Below, piece after piece: positions 15,082 through 26,920 of a stretch of 64,000 nt of DNA. The notes under the pieces are model-generated. The model searched no databases, was not told the DNA's origin, and was given only the letters and a program-made list of their open reading frames with translations. The DNA is taken from NCBI RefSeq assembly GCF_009914755.1, contig NC_060929.1; one strand, given 5' to 3'. The position numbers were made by a program, and so were the translations under genes. Origin of the DNA: the human T2T-CHM13v2.0 reference genome, Homo sapiens. The stretch's first letter is position 1. Each line of letters opens with the position of its first letter.

Positions 15082-15355
15082 GTTAAACTCTATTCTACCT
15101 CCCAACAAAAATTGAACAACAGGTAATTCATAGGCCTCTTACTTGAAACTTATATTACATGTATTTCCTGATAAAATTTTATCAGAACTTTGTTTCTCTA
15201 ATTTACGAGATGGTTTTTTCACCTAGATTTTAGATTTCAGGTCATTCAGCTTACTATGCAGAAAACTCATTCCTGCATCTGCTTTTACTGTGTTCACCTC
15301 TGTATTTCTAGACTAGGTTCTTGTCTAATTCTTGGTTTATCCAATGTAGCTACCA

Positions 15356-15751
15356 GGTTAGTTTCTAGGGCTGCCACAACAAAACACCACAGACCGGGTG
15401 GCTTAAACAACAGAAATGTGTTTCTCACAGTTCTGGAGGCTAGAAGTCCAAGATCAAGATGTTGGCAGGTCTGATTCTCTTGAGGCCTCGCTCCTTGGTT
15501 TGCAGAGGAGCCTTCTCCACGTGTCCTTCCATGGTCTTCCTTCTAGGCATGTGCATCCCTGGTGTCTCTGTGCATCCAAGCTGTCTTTTTCTAGAACACC
15601 AGTCTTATTGGATTAGGGCCCATACTCACAGCTTTATTTTAATATAATTATCTACGTAAAGGCTTTATCTCCAAACACAATCACATTCTGAGGTACCAGT
15701 GCTTAGGATTTTAACCTATGAATTTGGCAGGACACATCTCAGCCCCAGACA
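15356..15751 (-). mobile_element. MLT1B LTR
   Basis: GGGTGGCTTAAACAACAGAAAT...TTGGATTAGGGCCCA...CACATTCTGAGGTAC. Confidence 0.85.
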
Positions 15752-15849
15752 GCTACCATCTATTTTTTGTAGTGGTATTTGAGAATTTCATTCTCCTTTA
15801 GTCAGCCACCCTGCAGTTTTACTCCCCTTGCCGGCGCCGGCTGATTGAC

Positions 15850-16990
15850 TGTTCATTCCTTCATTCACTTGCTCATCAAATGCCTTCTCAGGGGCAGGCC
15901 ATGCTCCAGGGTCTGAGGGTGAGGAAGTGTCACTGCCCTTGTAGCACTGACATTCTGGAGGAGGACAACAACAGTAAACACAGAAACCAACTTTTCCGTA
16001 TTGTGGTGTCAGATTGTAAGTGGTAAGGTCTCTGAGGAAAAATAAAGAAGGAAATGGGGCTAGAGATGTAAGAGTGCTATTTTTGATGGATTGTTCAGGA
16101 GACACTTCTCTAAGTAGATGTCATTTGAATAGCGACTGGAATAAAGTGAGAGAGAACACTTTATGAATATCTTGGAGATGTGTCTTTGAGGCAGAGGGCA
16201 CAGCAACTGCAAAAGCCTGGAGTAAGATTATTCTTAGCAAATTTAAAGAATGGAAAAAGGAAAGCCAATGTGACAGTCAAGGGATGGATAATGTAGAGCA
16301 TTTGAGTTACAGAAAGGTCTCTTTGTATTATAAGTCGCGGGGAAGACTTCGGAGAGTTTTGACCAGGGGCAAGTTGTGACCTAACTTACCCAACTTAGAG
16401 CCTCAATGGAGAGTTCTGGATGCCGTGTGGAGGACAGGTCACAAGTCACAGAAAGGCAAGAATGGCAGTGTGCTGCTACCCTGTCAGACCAGGACAAAGA
16501 TCATAGCAACACAGGTGAAATTGTTACCTGATATGGTTTTGCTGTGTCCCCACCCAAATCTCATCTTGAATTGCAGCTCCCATGATTCCCACGTGTTGTG
16601 GGAGGGAGCTAGTGGGAGATAATTGAATCATGGGAGTAGTTTCCCCCATACTGTTCTCGTGGTAGTGAATAAGTCTCACAAGATCTGATGATTTCATAAG
16701 GGGTCTCCCCTTTGGCTTGGCTCTCATTCTCTCTTCCCCACCATCATGTAAGATGTGCCTTTCACCTTCTGCCATGATGGTGAGGCCTCCCCAGCCACGT
16801 GGAACTTTGAGTCCATGAAGCCTCTTTTTCTTTATGATATACCCAGTCTTGGATTTGTCTTTATCAGCAGCGTGCAAAGGACTAATACGCTGGTGGTGGA
16901 GGGAGGAGAAGCAAGAAGTGTGAAGTCCAGGAATCTCTAGTAAAAGCAAACTGAGTTTGATGGACTCCTCTCACCTGTGCTAGGAATGCA
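15850..16990 (-). mobile_element. L2 fragment interrupted by THE1
   Basis: TTCATTCCTTCATTCA tail; GGCAGAGGGCACAGCAACTGCAAAAGCCTGGAG L2 motif. Confidence 0.65.
16529..16889 (+). mobile_element. THE1B solo LTR
   Basis: TGATATGGTTTTGCTGTGTCCCCACCCAAATCTCATC...TTTATCAGCAGCGTG...GGACTAATAC. Confidence 0.9.
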
Positions 16991-17226
16991 AGCCAGCAGA
17001 GTGACTTTGTTAGTCCTCATCTTTGTGGTGTAGCCGAAGATTGAGCTCAAAACTCTTCCTCCTGCCAGGCAACAGTATAAACTAAACTGGATAAATGTGG
17101 GCAAAAGTGAAGGAGGTGGCACAGGAGCCAGACCTCCCTCCCTCAAGGTTGAGTAAAATGATGCTATTTCAGCACCTTACAATGTTGCCAATTGTCCACA
17201 GCTGGAGGTAATATGAGATGACATTT

Positions 17227-17790
17227 CTGCTGGGAAAAAAATTCTCCATGAATCTTTACACATTTCCGCACAGTCAGAGCATGTTATATTCTGAGCAAAA
17301 GTGACTCTCAACCTGGGTTAAAGAATGGTTTAATGGTAGGCATGCCTGGCAAGTTAGAAACTCCACGTTGCTCCAGGGACAGTTGCTTACTTTGTAGCAT
17401 AACAAACTCCTTTCTTGACTCCCCTGGAACCGCTGGTTTATATTCCAGATTAGAGACCTTCTCCTCCTCTCCTTAGAGATGATTTCTTCGTATTCCAGAG
17501 ACATATTTTATCTCTGTCTCTGTCTCCATTTATCTGTCTCTCTGAAAAAGAAGAGGGACAGATATGACAGCCACACTAAATATGATCTGAGTTTCATAAC
17601 ACTGAGGCTCTCCTCTTCTGCGTGTGCAGGGAAGATCAGGCAATCATTGCCTTGCCCCTGGAGAAATTAAGGAATAGGGACCAGCACTAAGATCTCTCTG
17701 TTTTCTGACCCAGAGAGCTTGTATTTCCTATCAGGATGAATAAATAGACATTAAAATGTGACAAATTCCACTGTGATTCATCCGAATTAA
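17227..17790 (+). mobile_element. MER76-like ERVL LTR
   Basis: TGCTGGGAAAAAAATTCTCCATGAATCT...TTTCTGACCCAG resembles the recalled MER76 consensus. Confidence 0.5.
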
Positions 17791-18225
17791 AATGTCCCTG
17801 AATTATCAAACTTTGAAACTTGATACATCCAATTTAATGAATCTGGATAGAATGTCATGAATGGTCATGGAGGGTGCAAAATCTTCAGAATACATTATTC
17901 GTACTTACACAGGCCATATGTTTGGGATGAGTGAGATCATGAGTAAAATATGTTGGGACACATCCTGCAAACTGGAAAGTGAAGCTGTGTAGAATTCCAT
18001 CAACATAATGACTATGTAGACAAGTTCATGTACTATGCAAAACATTCGGGAGATACTGGTCTTTGGTGTATGTTATGGGCTGAAGTTGGTCTCATTCCTT
18101 CCCATCCAATTTCATATGTTGGAGTCCTAACCCTCAGTTCCTCAGAATGTGACTGTATCTGAAGATAAGAAAGTGGCAATTAAAGTTAGAACAAGGTAAT
18201 GAAGGTGGGAAACTACTAATAGGAG

Positions 18226-18935
18226 TGATCATATGGTTTGACTCTGTGTCCCCACTCAATTCTCATCTCCAATTGTAATCCCTACATGTTGAGGGAAGAC
18301 CTGGATGGGAGGTGATTGGATCATGGGGGCGGTTTCCCCCATGCTGTTCTTGTGATAGTGAGTTCTCTAACTAGTATTTGATTTTACAGGCTCATAGGCG
18401 GAAGGGACTTGCCTTGTCTCAGATGAAACTTCAGACTTGGACTTTTTAGTTAAGGCTGGAATGAGTTATGACTTTTTAGTTAAGGCTGGAATGAGTTATG
18501 ACTTTTAGAGACTGTTGGGAAGGCATGATTGGTTTTAAAATGTGAAAAGGATATGAGATTTGGGAGGGGCCAGGGGCGAAATGATATGATTTGACTCTGT
18601 GTCCCCACCCAAATCTCATCTCAAATTGTAATCCCCATGTGTTGTGGGAGGGACCTGATGGGAGGTGATTGGGTCATGGGGGTGGTTTCCCCATGCGGTT
18701 CTCATGACAGTAAAAGAGTTCTCATGAGATCTGATGGTTTCAAAGTGTAGCACTTCCTACTTCACACTCTGTCTCCTCCTGCCATGTAAGATGTGCCTTG
18801 CTTCCCCTTCTACCATGATTGTAAGTTTCCTGAGGTTTTCCCAGCCATGCAGAATGGTGAGTCAATTAAACCTTCCTTTTTTTTTTTTTATAAATTACTC
18901 AGTATCAGGTAGTAATATGAAAATGGACTAATACA
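18226..18935 (+). mobile_element. Internally deleted MSTA element: partial 5' LTR (18226-~18368), 3' end of MST-int (~18369-18581), complete 3' LTR (18582-18935)
   Basis: Two copies of the LTR 5' end; TTTGATTTTACAGGCTCATAGGCGGAAGGGACTTGCCTTGTCTCAGATGA and the purine tract GGGAGGGGCCAGGGG before the 3' LTR are MaLR-int 3' hallmarks. Confidence 0.85.
18441..18506. repeat. Perfect 30-bp tandem duplication
   Basis: ACTTTTTAGTTAAGGCTGGAATGAGTTATG twice, then ACTTTT. Confidence 0.95.
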
Positions 18936-19161
18936 AATGGTGTCCTTATAAGAACATTAGATTAGGACACAGCCACACACAGAAGAAAGACCAAGGAAAA
19001 GACAGCCATCTGCAAGCCAAGGAGGGAGGGCTCAGAAGAAACCTGCTCTTGTTCTCAGACATCTAGCCTCCAGAATGGTTAGAGAATAAATGACTGTTTT
19101 TTAAACCACACAGTCTCTGGTACTTTGTTATAGCAGCCCCAGCAAACTAATACAATGTATA

Positions 19162-19163
<2 letters not shown>

Positions 19164-19194
<31 letters not shown>

Positions 19195-19225
19195 TGTGTG
19201 TGTGTGTACATATATATATTATATA
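19164..19225. repeat. (TG)n/(TA)n microsatellite
   Basis: Seen directly. Confidence 0.9.
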
Positions 19226-19959
19226 TTTGAGAGTATATTATACATGCATTTAATTATGTTATCTCTGTTGTTGGTCACTAACCCTAAAGAGAGGGCCAAA
19301 GATTCTTAACCTCATGCCCAAGTAGCTTGGGACTCCTGATACAAGGCAGGGCAACTCTGGATGGTTTTTTTGTTTTGTTTTGTTTTGTTTGGAGATCATT
19401 CTTGTATTGACTATTCTTAAGCCCAGATCATTATTTGTCTAATTTGAACATTCTGATAAGCCCATGTGATTAGAACTGCTGGTGGGAGTGGAAGAGTGCT
19501 GCATAGAGGCATAGAGGCCTAATTCAGTTCTTTCAAGTTAAATCTTGACTCAGGTGTTTTCTTCCACTTGTGAAATGCAGAATTTGCAGAACAGTGATCA
19601 CTAGTGAGAACATCAGTAAGAGCTGCTACCTAGCACAAAAGACAAGGTGGAAACTGTTGAGAAGGTCAAGTAAGTAACACACATATCTTTATAAGTTGGG
19701 GCATTATAATTTCACTTTCATATAAGAGAAAAATGGGTTCATAAATCCTACAAATGTTTTTCTGACATATAGAAAGTTATAGTAATGGAGAAATCCAAAA
19801 CGAAATCTATGTTGGAAAATAGACCATTAGCTAGCGGATAATGTGATAAGGAGGGAAAATAGTAAATTGAGAAAAGATTAGAATTAGAAGAGGGAATATT
19901 GCCAACAACCACGAATCACACTTTAACAGCATGAATCAGCAACCTTGCTAAATTCTCTA

Positions 19960-20540
<581 letters not shown>

Positions 20541-21981
20541 TTATGAGGTCACAATTTTTGGTGTCTTTTTTGTTTTCATAATTTCCCTCTGTAGAATAAC
20601 CTTGGTCAACTTATTCATTCTTCTACCTGATTTGGTTGCCTGAGCCAACATTTGAACTTCTTATAGAAGTTTTATTTTTTTACTTTTGGCAAAATGTTTC
20701 TTGATGCCTTCTGGAAAGTCCTGCATTGTAACATTTGATGACACTGATTTGCTTTTTTACATTTAAGATACTTAGCAATGTGCCCCATGTGCTTAATGTT
20801 TGTAGTCCCGGCATCTTGAAAAGTCCCAAAATACAATACACTGCCTACCTTTACTTGCTGAGCGAAAGTAAAAAGGAATTCATGCACAGCCTTGAGCATG
20901 AGGAAAGAGTGTAATACTTGGGAAAATTAGGTACATAGGTAACACAGTTTCAACTTTTTGGTGAGGAGGACTTTGAAACTTGACCTTGTATGTTCTTTTA
21001 CGTTTCTTTTGCATTTAGACTTGAAAAATAGAATTCTGGATTTGTCAGAGTAGGCAGAGGAAAAACAAGCCCAATGAATTCTCCAGTAATCCCTAATCCT
21101 TCTTACACTGTTTTCTACAAAACTGTTTTAAAAACACTGCACTCTTCAAATTACAGTCACCTCCTGACCCTAGTAAGAATCACAGATGAGGTAATCTGCT
21201 ACAGAGGAATAGACTTCTTGCAAGAGTGATTGCTCAGGAGACTGACTTGTAGGGGAGTTGGTTTCCAGTGCTTTGCCCTGCAAAGATTTGTTTAAAGGCC
21301 ACATTGGGCAGGAATACTTGTGAGGCCTATGAGTACATCACTAAAATATGACCAGTGCCAGAGCATATCAACAGTATTTTGAAAATAGGTTTCACTGAAT
21401 GGGGTCAGACAACTTGATAACGAAACTATTGTTTGTGAGCAAAGGGTATTGTATTTATGGCATCCAAACTCATAGTGAGTTAATGTATGGGAAGAGGTTG
21501 TAATGCTATCCTTTATCTTAGTAGAAATATTATTGGGAAGCTCAACCCCATGTGTGGATGCAGTTTTTAATACCAATTCTGTATAATTTGGGGAATGACT
21601 TTTTCAGATTCCACCAATATGAAATATGAGCCTCCTGCCTTGAAATATTATGTGCCAATATAGTAAACACTATATGGGTTACCAAGATGATTTAGAAGTA
21701 CAAAGTCATGTTTCTCTTACATAACCATGGAAATTAAATTTTCCTTTGAGCAAACCAAATTTTTTATCAAATTTGTCAAAACTCATAGACCTGTACCCCC
21801 CAAATTAACTTTAATGCATGTACGTATACCCCAACAGAAAAAAATACAGATTTAAATATATCTGAGAAAATGTCAATATTGACAATGCATTAATAAAATT
21901 ATAGCTTATATATGTAGGTACTTCTTAAATTTTATTACATTTTTCTCTATCCTCAATGTAGAACACAATTCCTAACTCCCA

Positions 21982-22492
21982 TCTTGGGACTCAAAAACTG
22001 ATGCCCCAAAATATGGTGTCTTGACATGCTCAACTGAAGACAAAGCCTCAAGGTCTCTCTGACCTCTTCGCTGCCACCATCTCTTCCAAAGAAGTTGAAG
22101 TTCCTTTATCTGCCCAAGATCCGACCCAGCAAGGAGAGCAATTTTTTTTTTTCTTCCCACTCCTGTAAGACCAAGAATGTAACCACACCTGAGCAGACAT
22201 TTTCACTGTCAAAGAGAACTATTTACAAGTTAATTACTGTTCCTGCATCCATTCATTCTCCCTAGTATCCCCTCAATAGAACTCCTCTTCTCCCCTCTCC
22301 CACAGCCTGTTCAGCAAGGATGATATATAAGTTCCCGAACCCCACTGGGGTGTTGGGTCTTCATTCTGAAAGCTTCCATGTATAATCATTAAATAATTGT
22401 GTGAGCCTTTCTCCTACTAATCTACCTCATGTCAGTGATTTTTCAGCGACCCTTCAGAAGGCAAAAGGGAAGATTCCTCTTGGTTTCTCTAC
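21982..22492 (+). mobile_element. MER39/MER34-family ERV1 solo LTR
   Basis: GGGACTCAAAAACTGATGCCCCAAAATATGG...AAGCCTCAAGGTCTCTCTGACC; ends TGTCAGTGATTTTTCAGCGA...CTACA. Confidence 0.75.
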
Positions 22493-22573
22493 ATTCCTAT
22501 TGGCCAAATTCAATTACCACTACCAGGATAGTGACTCTTTGTACTAAATTTAATAGGATTCTTCCCCACTCCC

Positions 22574-22860
22574 TGTATCTGTCAGAGTTCTCCAGACAAA
22601 TAGAATCAATAGGAGATACATACATATATATTATACATATTATATATATATGCAATTTATATTTATTATGAGGAACTCGCGTACATGATTATGGAGGCTG
22701 AGATGTCCCATGATCTGCTATTTGCAACCTGTAGGCCCAGGAAAGCTGGTGGTGTAATTCAATCAGAGTGATGGCATAAATTCCAGTCCGAGGAATTTCC
22801 CTAAAAATAATGTTTGATCATTAACTACACCTAGAAAAAAATGTTTAATCTGGGCATCCC
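22574..22860 (-). mobile_element. MLT2B-like ERVL LTR fragment
   Basis: GTCAGAGTTCTCCAGACAAATAGAATCAATAGG...ATTATGGAGGCTGAGA...CCCAGGAAAGCTGGTGGTGTAATTC. Confidence 0.75.
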
Positions 22861-22871
22861 CAGAATCATCA

Positions 22872-23290
22872 CGATTCCCCAATTCATGTCCACCTGGAGC
22901 CTCAGAAAGTGACCTTATTTGGAAATAAGGTCTGTGCAGATATAAGTGAGGAAGTTAGGATAAGGTCCTACTGGATGATGGTGTCCTTCTAAGAAAAGGA
23001 GACAACACACAAACACAGGCAAGGATGCAGACAAAGGCCATGTGAAAGTGAAGCAAGGCTGAAGTGATGCAGATGGAAGCCCAGGAGCACCAGGGATTGT
23101 ATGGAGCCATTGAAGCTGGGGAAGGGGCAAGAACAGATTCTTCGCTAAAGCCTTCAGAGAGAGCAAGGCCCTGCCAGTAACTTGATTTCAGACTTCTAGG
23201 CCCCACAACTGTGGGAGACAAAATTTTTGTTTTTTTAAATGACCAGTTTATAGTAATTATGTGTTATGGTTGCCTTAGGAAACTATTACA
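22872..23290 (+). mobile_element. MLT1C LTR
   Basis: CCTCAGAAAGTGACCTTATTTGGAAATAAGG...AGCCTTCAGAGAGAGCAAGGCCCTGCC...TAGGAAACTATTACA. Confidence 0.85.
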
Positions 23291-23299
23291 ATTCCCTTC

Positions 23300-23811
23300 T
23301 TGCCCAAAGGAACTGGGGGACAGTAGCAACTTGCTGTGTCCCCTGTTGGAAGTGTTTCCGTTTTGGGGACCAGGACTCCTGAACCTGCAGAACCCAGCAT
23401 TACAAGGACAGAAGGCACAAATTCAAAACACAAAACAACGACAATAACAACAAAAACCCAAAACAGCAAAAAAGCTGATGTTTTTCACCTTTGACTCCTG
23501 AACACGTGTATTCTTCCCCAGGGCAAAGCAATGTATCTAAAGTCCTTTAACTCAAAATCTATACTGGGTCCTGGGAGAAGATCATCCATCCTTGGGGCAT
23601 ACCAGCTCTGAGCAGGCACTGCGAACTGTGCCTTTGCCCAGACTACCATCAACTCTCTGACCATCCACTTCTGGGTGGTGGAGAACATGATAAAACTAGC
23701 TGATGTGGGCCTATTCTTGTGCTTCTTTTCTGTAAAAAGGATCCTCTGGTCATACCTTAGGTTATGTGAGATCCCCAGTTGCCAGAGAGGTTCTGGCTGA
23801 GGCAAGTACAT
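23300..23811 (-). mobile_element. ERVL/MaLR internal remnant (RNase H-like piece joined to dUTPase N-terminal piece)
   Basis: Translations PQPEPL..G.....YDQ...TEKK....TTQKW and FVPSVLVMLGSAGSGVLVPKTETLPTGDT resemble recalled HERV-L pol/dut (PQPAPMASWGVPYDQLTEEEK; LCSAGLEVLVPEGGMLPPGDT). Confidence 0.65.
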
Positions 23812-24204
23812 GGAAGAAATGAAGTATTTGTATTAAAGTATTATTTTGCCTCAATAATAATTTAATAAAATAATGACCTGACTTTTACAAAATGTTTTTC
23901 CACACATATGAGAATGACAAATATAAAATATATGCTGTCTTTAGCTGTCTTATTATATTGTGCCTGTCTTTACTAGACTCTCCTCTTTCTGGTCCCCTGT
24001 TAGAACTATTATTTCTTCATTACAGTAATCATCATTCAGGAGTTTTATGTGATGATAATGGGTTCAGTACATGCTAGTCTATGCCTCTGATCTAAAATTT
24101 GCCTGAATTCAATTCAGTCAACATTTATTAACTAACAACATAACAACGGTGTTGGGAAGGGAGTGTCCATTTCAAAGTTGTTCCACTTAAGAAAATGAAA
24201 CAAG

Positions 24205-25153
24205 TTATACTATTTATCTTTTTCTGTATAACCAGTGGTCACAATATTTTATGACTTAAGACAACAATAATCATGTATTAGTCTGTCCTAGTTTCTGCAG
24301 GTGAGGGTTTAAACAGGATATAGTGAGAACAGCCCATCTGCTCCAGTTTTGGAGCCTCAGTGGACGATGTGGAGGCAGGGTGGCAGGGGATTCGAGGCTT
24401 ATTCACCCGTGGGGTGGGGGTTGACACTGGCTATTGGCTGAAGCCTTGGCTGGCACTGTCAGCTGGGCCACCTCACTGTGGTCTCCCCATGTGCACTGGG
24501 CTTCCTCATACCACAGTGGCTGCTTCTCTGACAGAAGGAGAGCAAGAGCACACAAGCCAAACAGGAAGAAACTGTGTTCTGTAAGTGACCTGGTTTCAGA
24601 AGGTAGGTGGCTTCATTTTGATGTACTCCAGTCATCTTGGGAGTCAGAAGTACCGAGCAGTTTCAGCAGGAAAACACATAGACTTTGTTATGGTTTGACT
24701 GTGTCCTCATCCAAATCTCACCTTGAATTGTAGTTCTTATAATCCCCACATGTCATGGGAGGGACCCAGTGGGAGGTAATTGAATCGTGGAGGTGGTTAC
24801 CTCCATGCTGTTCTCATGATAGTGAGAAAGTTCTCAGGATATCTGACGGTTTTATAAGGGGCTCTCCCCGCTCTTTGCTCTGCACTTCTTGCTTCCACCA
24901 TCTGAAGAAGGATGTGTTTGTTTCTCCTTCTACCATGACTGTAAGTTTCCTGAGGCCTCCCCAGCCCTGCAGAACTGTGAGTCAACTAAACCTCTTTCCT
25001 TTATACATTAACCAGTCTTGGGTATTTCTTCATAGCAGTATGAAAATGGACTGACATAGACTTCCTGTTCTGTGAGATGAGTGTCAATTTCACTGTAAGG
25101 ACAGATGTGAGATGGGATAATGTATTAGCGTAGCCATCATTGAAAATGGCCAC
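24205..25153 (-). mobile_element. MLT1H-like LTR split by THE1
   Basis: GACACTGGCTATTGGCTG...GGCTTCCTCATACCACAGTGGCT; ends GCCATCATTGAAAATGGCCACA. Confidence 0.75.
24686..25058 (+). mobile_element. THE1C/D solo LTR
   Basis: TGTTATGGTTTGACTGTGTCC...TTCATAGCAGTATGAAAATGGAC; 5-bp TSD GACTT at 24681-24685 and 25059-25063. Confidence 0.9.
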
Positions 25154-25169
25154 AGGAATGAATGAACCC

Positions 25170-25295
25170 ACATTCAATATACATTTGCTCTGTGTCTGAC
25201 ACTGCGCTGAGTGTTTTAAGCATATTTCTTATTGAATCTTTATAGTACCTCTATGAGACAAGTACTAAGAGACCTTTTCTCATCTGCATGATGTC
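25170..25295 (-). mobile_element. MIR fragment
   Basis: TGTGTCTGACACTGCGCTGAGTGTTTT...CTCTATGAG. Confidence 0.55.
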
Positions 25296-26920
25296 ACATG
25301 TAAATACTTGACTTATATAAAAATATCTGAGGTTGCCAAATAGTTTGCATTCCAAGCCTCCTACCCAAGGCTAATAGTGAGGGGAGCTATAGGAGTCTTG
25401 CCCTTTTTAAAATTTCTGTTCACAACATAAGAAAGGCAAGACACAAACATGGCAAGTACATCTCTGATTAATTCTTACTTTTTATTTCAGACTTATTTTT
25501 ATTAGATTCAATATAAGTGTATGTGGTGAGGGTTTATAATTAATTTTGAAAAGGGAGATGAGTTGAATTAAAAATTACATTTTTGTCAGAGATGCCATTA
25601 AGTGGAAGACTTTTTTTATGACTCTGACTAAAATGTTAGTTTTTAGTATCACAAGATTATGATAGCATGTTTTATCTAAAAAAAGCTAGACATCATTTGG
25701 GTAGACTCCCTTGTTTAGTATCTGAAGCATAAAGAAGAGAAATTATTTGTCCGAGGTCATAAGAGGTAGGATGAGACCTCAGACTCAAAGGTATGCTTTA
25801 CTTCTAATTTATTTTCAATTAAATATTTTTTAGATAAATGAAGTATTCTGTAAGGATATTATGTGGATATTGACCACCTCCTATTATTTGCTAGATTCAC
25901 TATTAAATAACAGAGGAAACTTGTTGAATAACATTATCTGCCTTCAGTAAAAAAAATTTAGAAATTAAAATGTTGTGATAGAAGCAGAATGCTATGGGAA
26001 AATAATTATTTTCATATAATGATATTGAAATGATTTCATATAATTCATATAATGATTTTCATAATAATGAAATGCAGTTAATATTATAGATTTCAGTATG
26101 TAACTCAACAGAGTATTTAAAAACCAGAGTAACACTGGATCCTCTGTTAGTACACGGTTTAAATCTTTGGAAAAAAACTTTTTTTAATGTATGTGCAGAT
26201 ATTTCTGAATTTTGGGAGCAGCTTCATCAGAACCAGTTTATCTTGACTATTAAGCAGCAATTGAGTAGAAAATTTCTCCATATCAGAAATGTTTTATCTT
26301 TGCAAACATATTGTTTTCCCAAAGACACAGAAAACACTTATGGCCATTTTTATTGCTTGTAGTGAAAAAAAAAGGAAAATAAGTAAACACCACAATTCTG
26401 AAAAACAAGCAGTATATAAAACAATCAAGTACATATATACTTCACACATGAGAAAAATTATGGATAACCAGGGGATATTTTTGAAAACTTTATAAAATAG
26501 CAGTCTTATAAGACTGACATATTATTTGTTATTTAAAAAATTCAAAATTAACATTAGCCATAGAAATACTTTCTCTCTTAAACCTACACAGATTTCTCTG
26601 ATATAAAACATAAAGCAGGCAGGAGATAGATTTTTTTTCGTATTTCTTGCACATGATCTGTTAGAATTCAGTTTATTTTATTTTAATTGAACTATGAAGA
26701 AAATACTGGTTTTAAAAATTTGAATAGATTACCAGGAAATGCTAATATTCATTTATGAATATTAATGTGTCGGCATGCATGAAAGTCTCATTAATCAGAC
26801 AACTGGCACATGGTTGAAATGTGTAGATTGCTACTGTGTGTATCCCTGATGTTATATGATCAAAAAAGTTGAAAACTCACAACTTGAGCTCATGTATAAT
26901 TACCCAAACTTCTTGAGTTT

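Larger units (their letters stand above)
18071..19154 (+). mobile_element. MLT1B LTR split by a deleted MST element
   Basis: TGTTATGGGCTGAA...CCTCAGAATGTGACTGTAT; resumes TGGTGTCCTTATAAGAA...AGCAAACTAATACA. Confidence 0.85.

Noticed and set aside
26010-26075. Repeated TTCATATAATGA-like words
   Set aside because: Short AT-rich slippage; not a spaced array.
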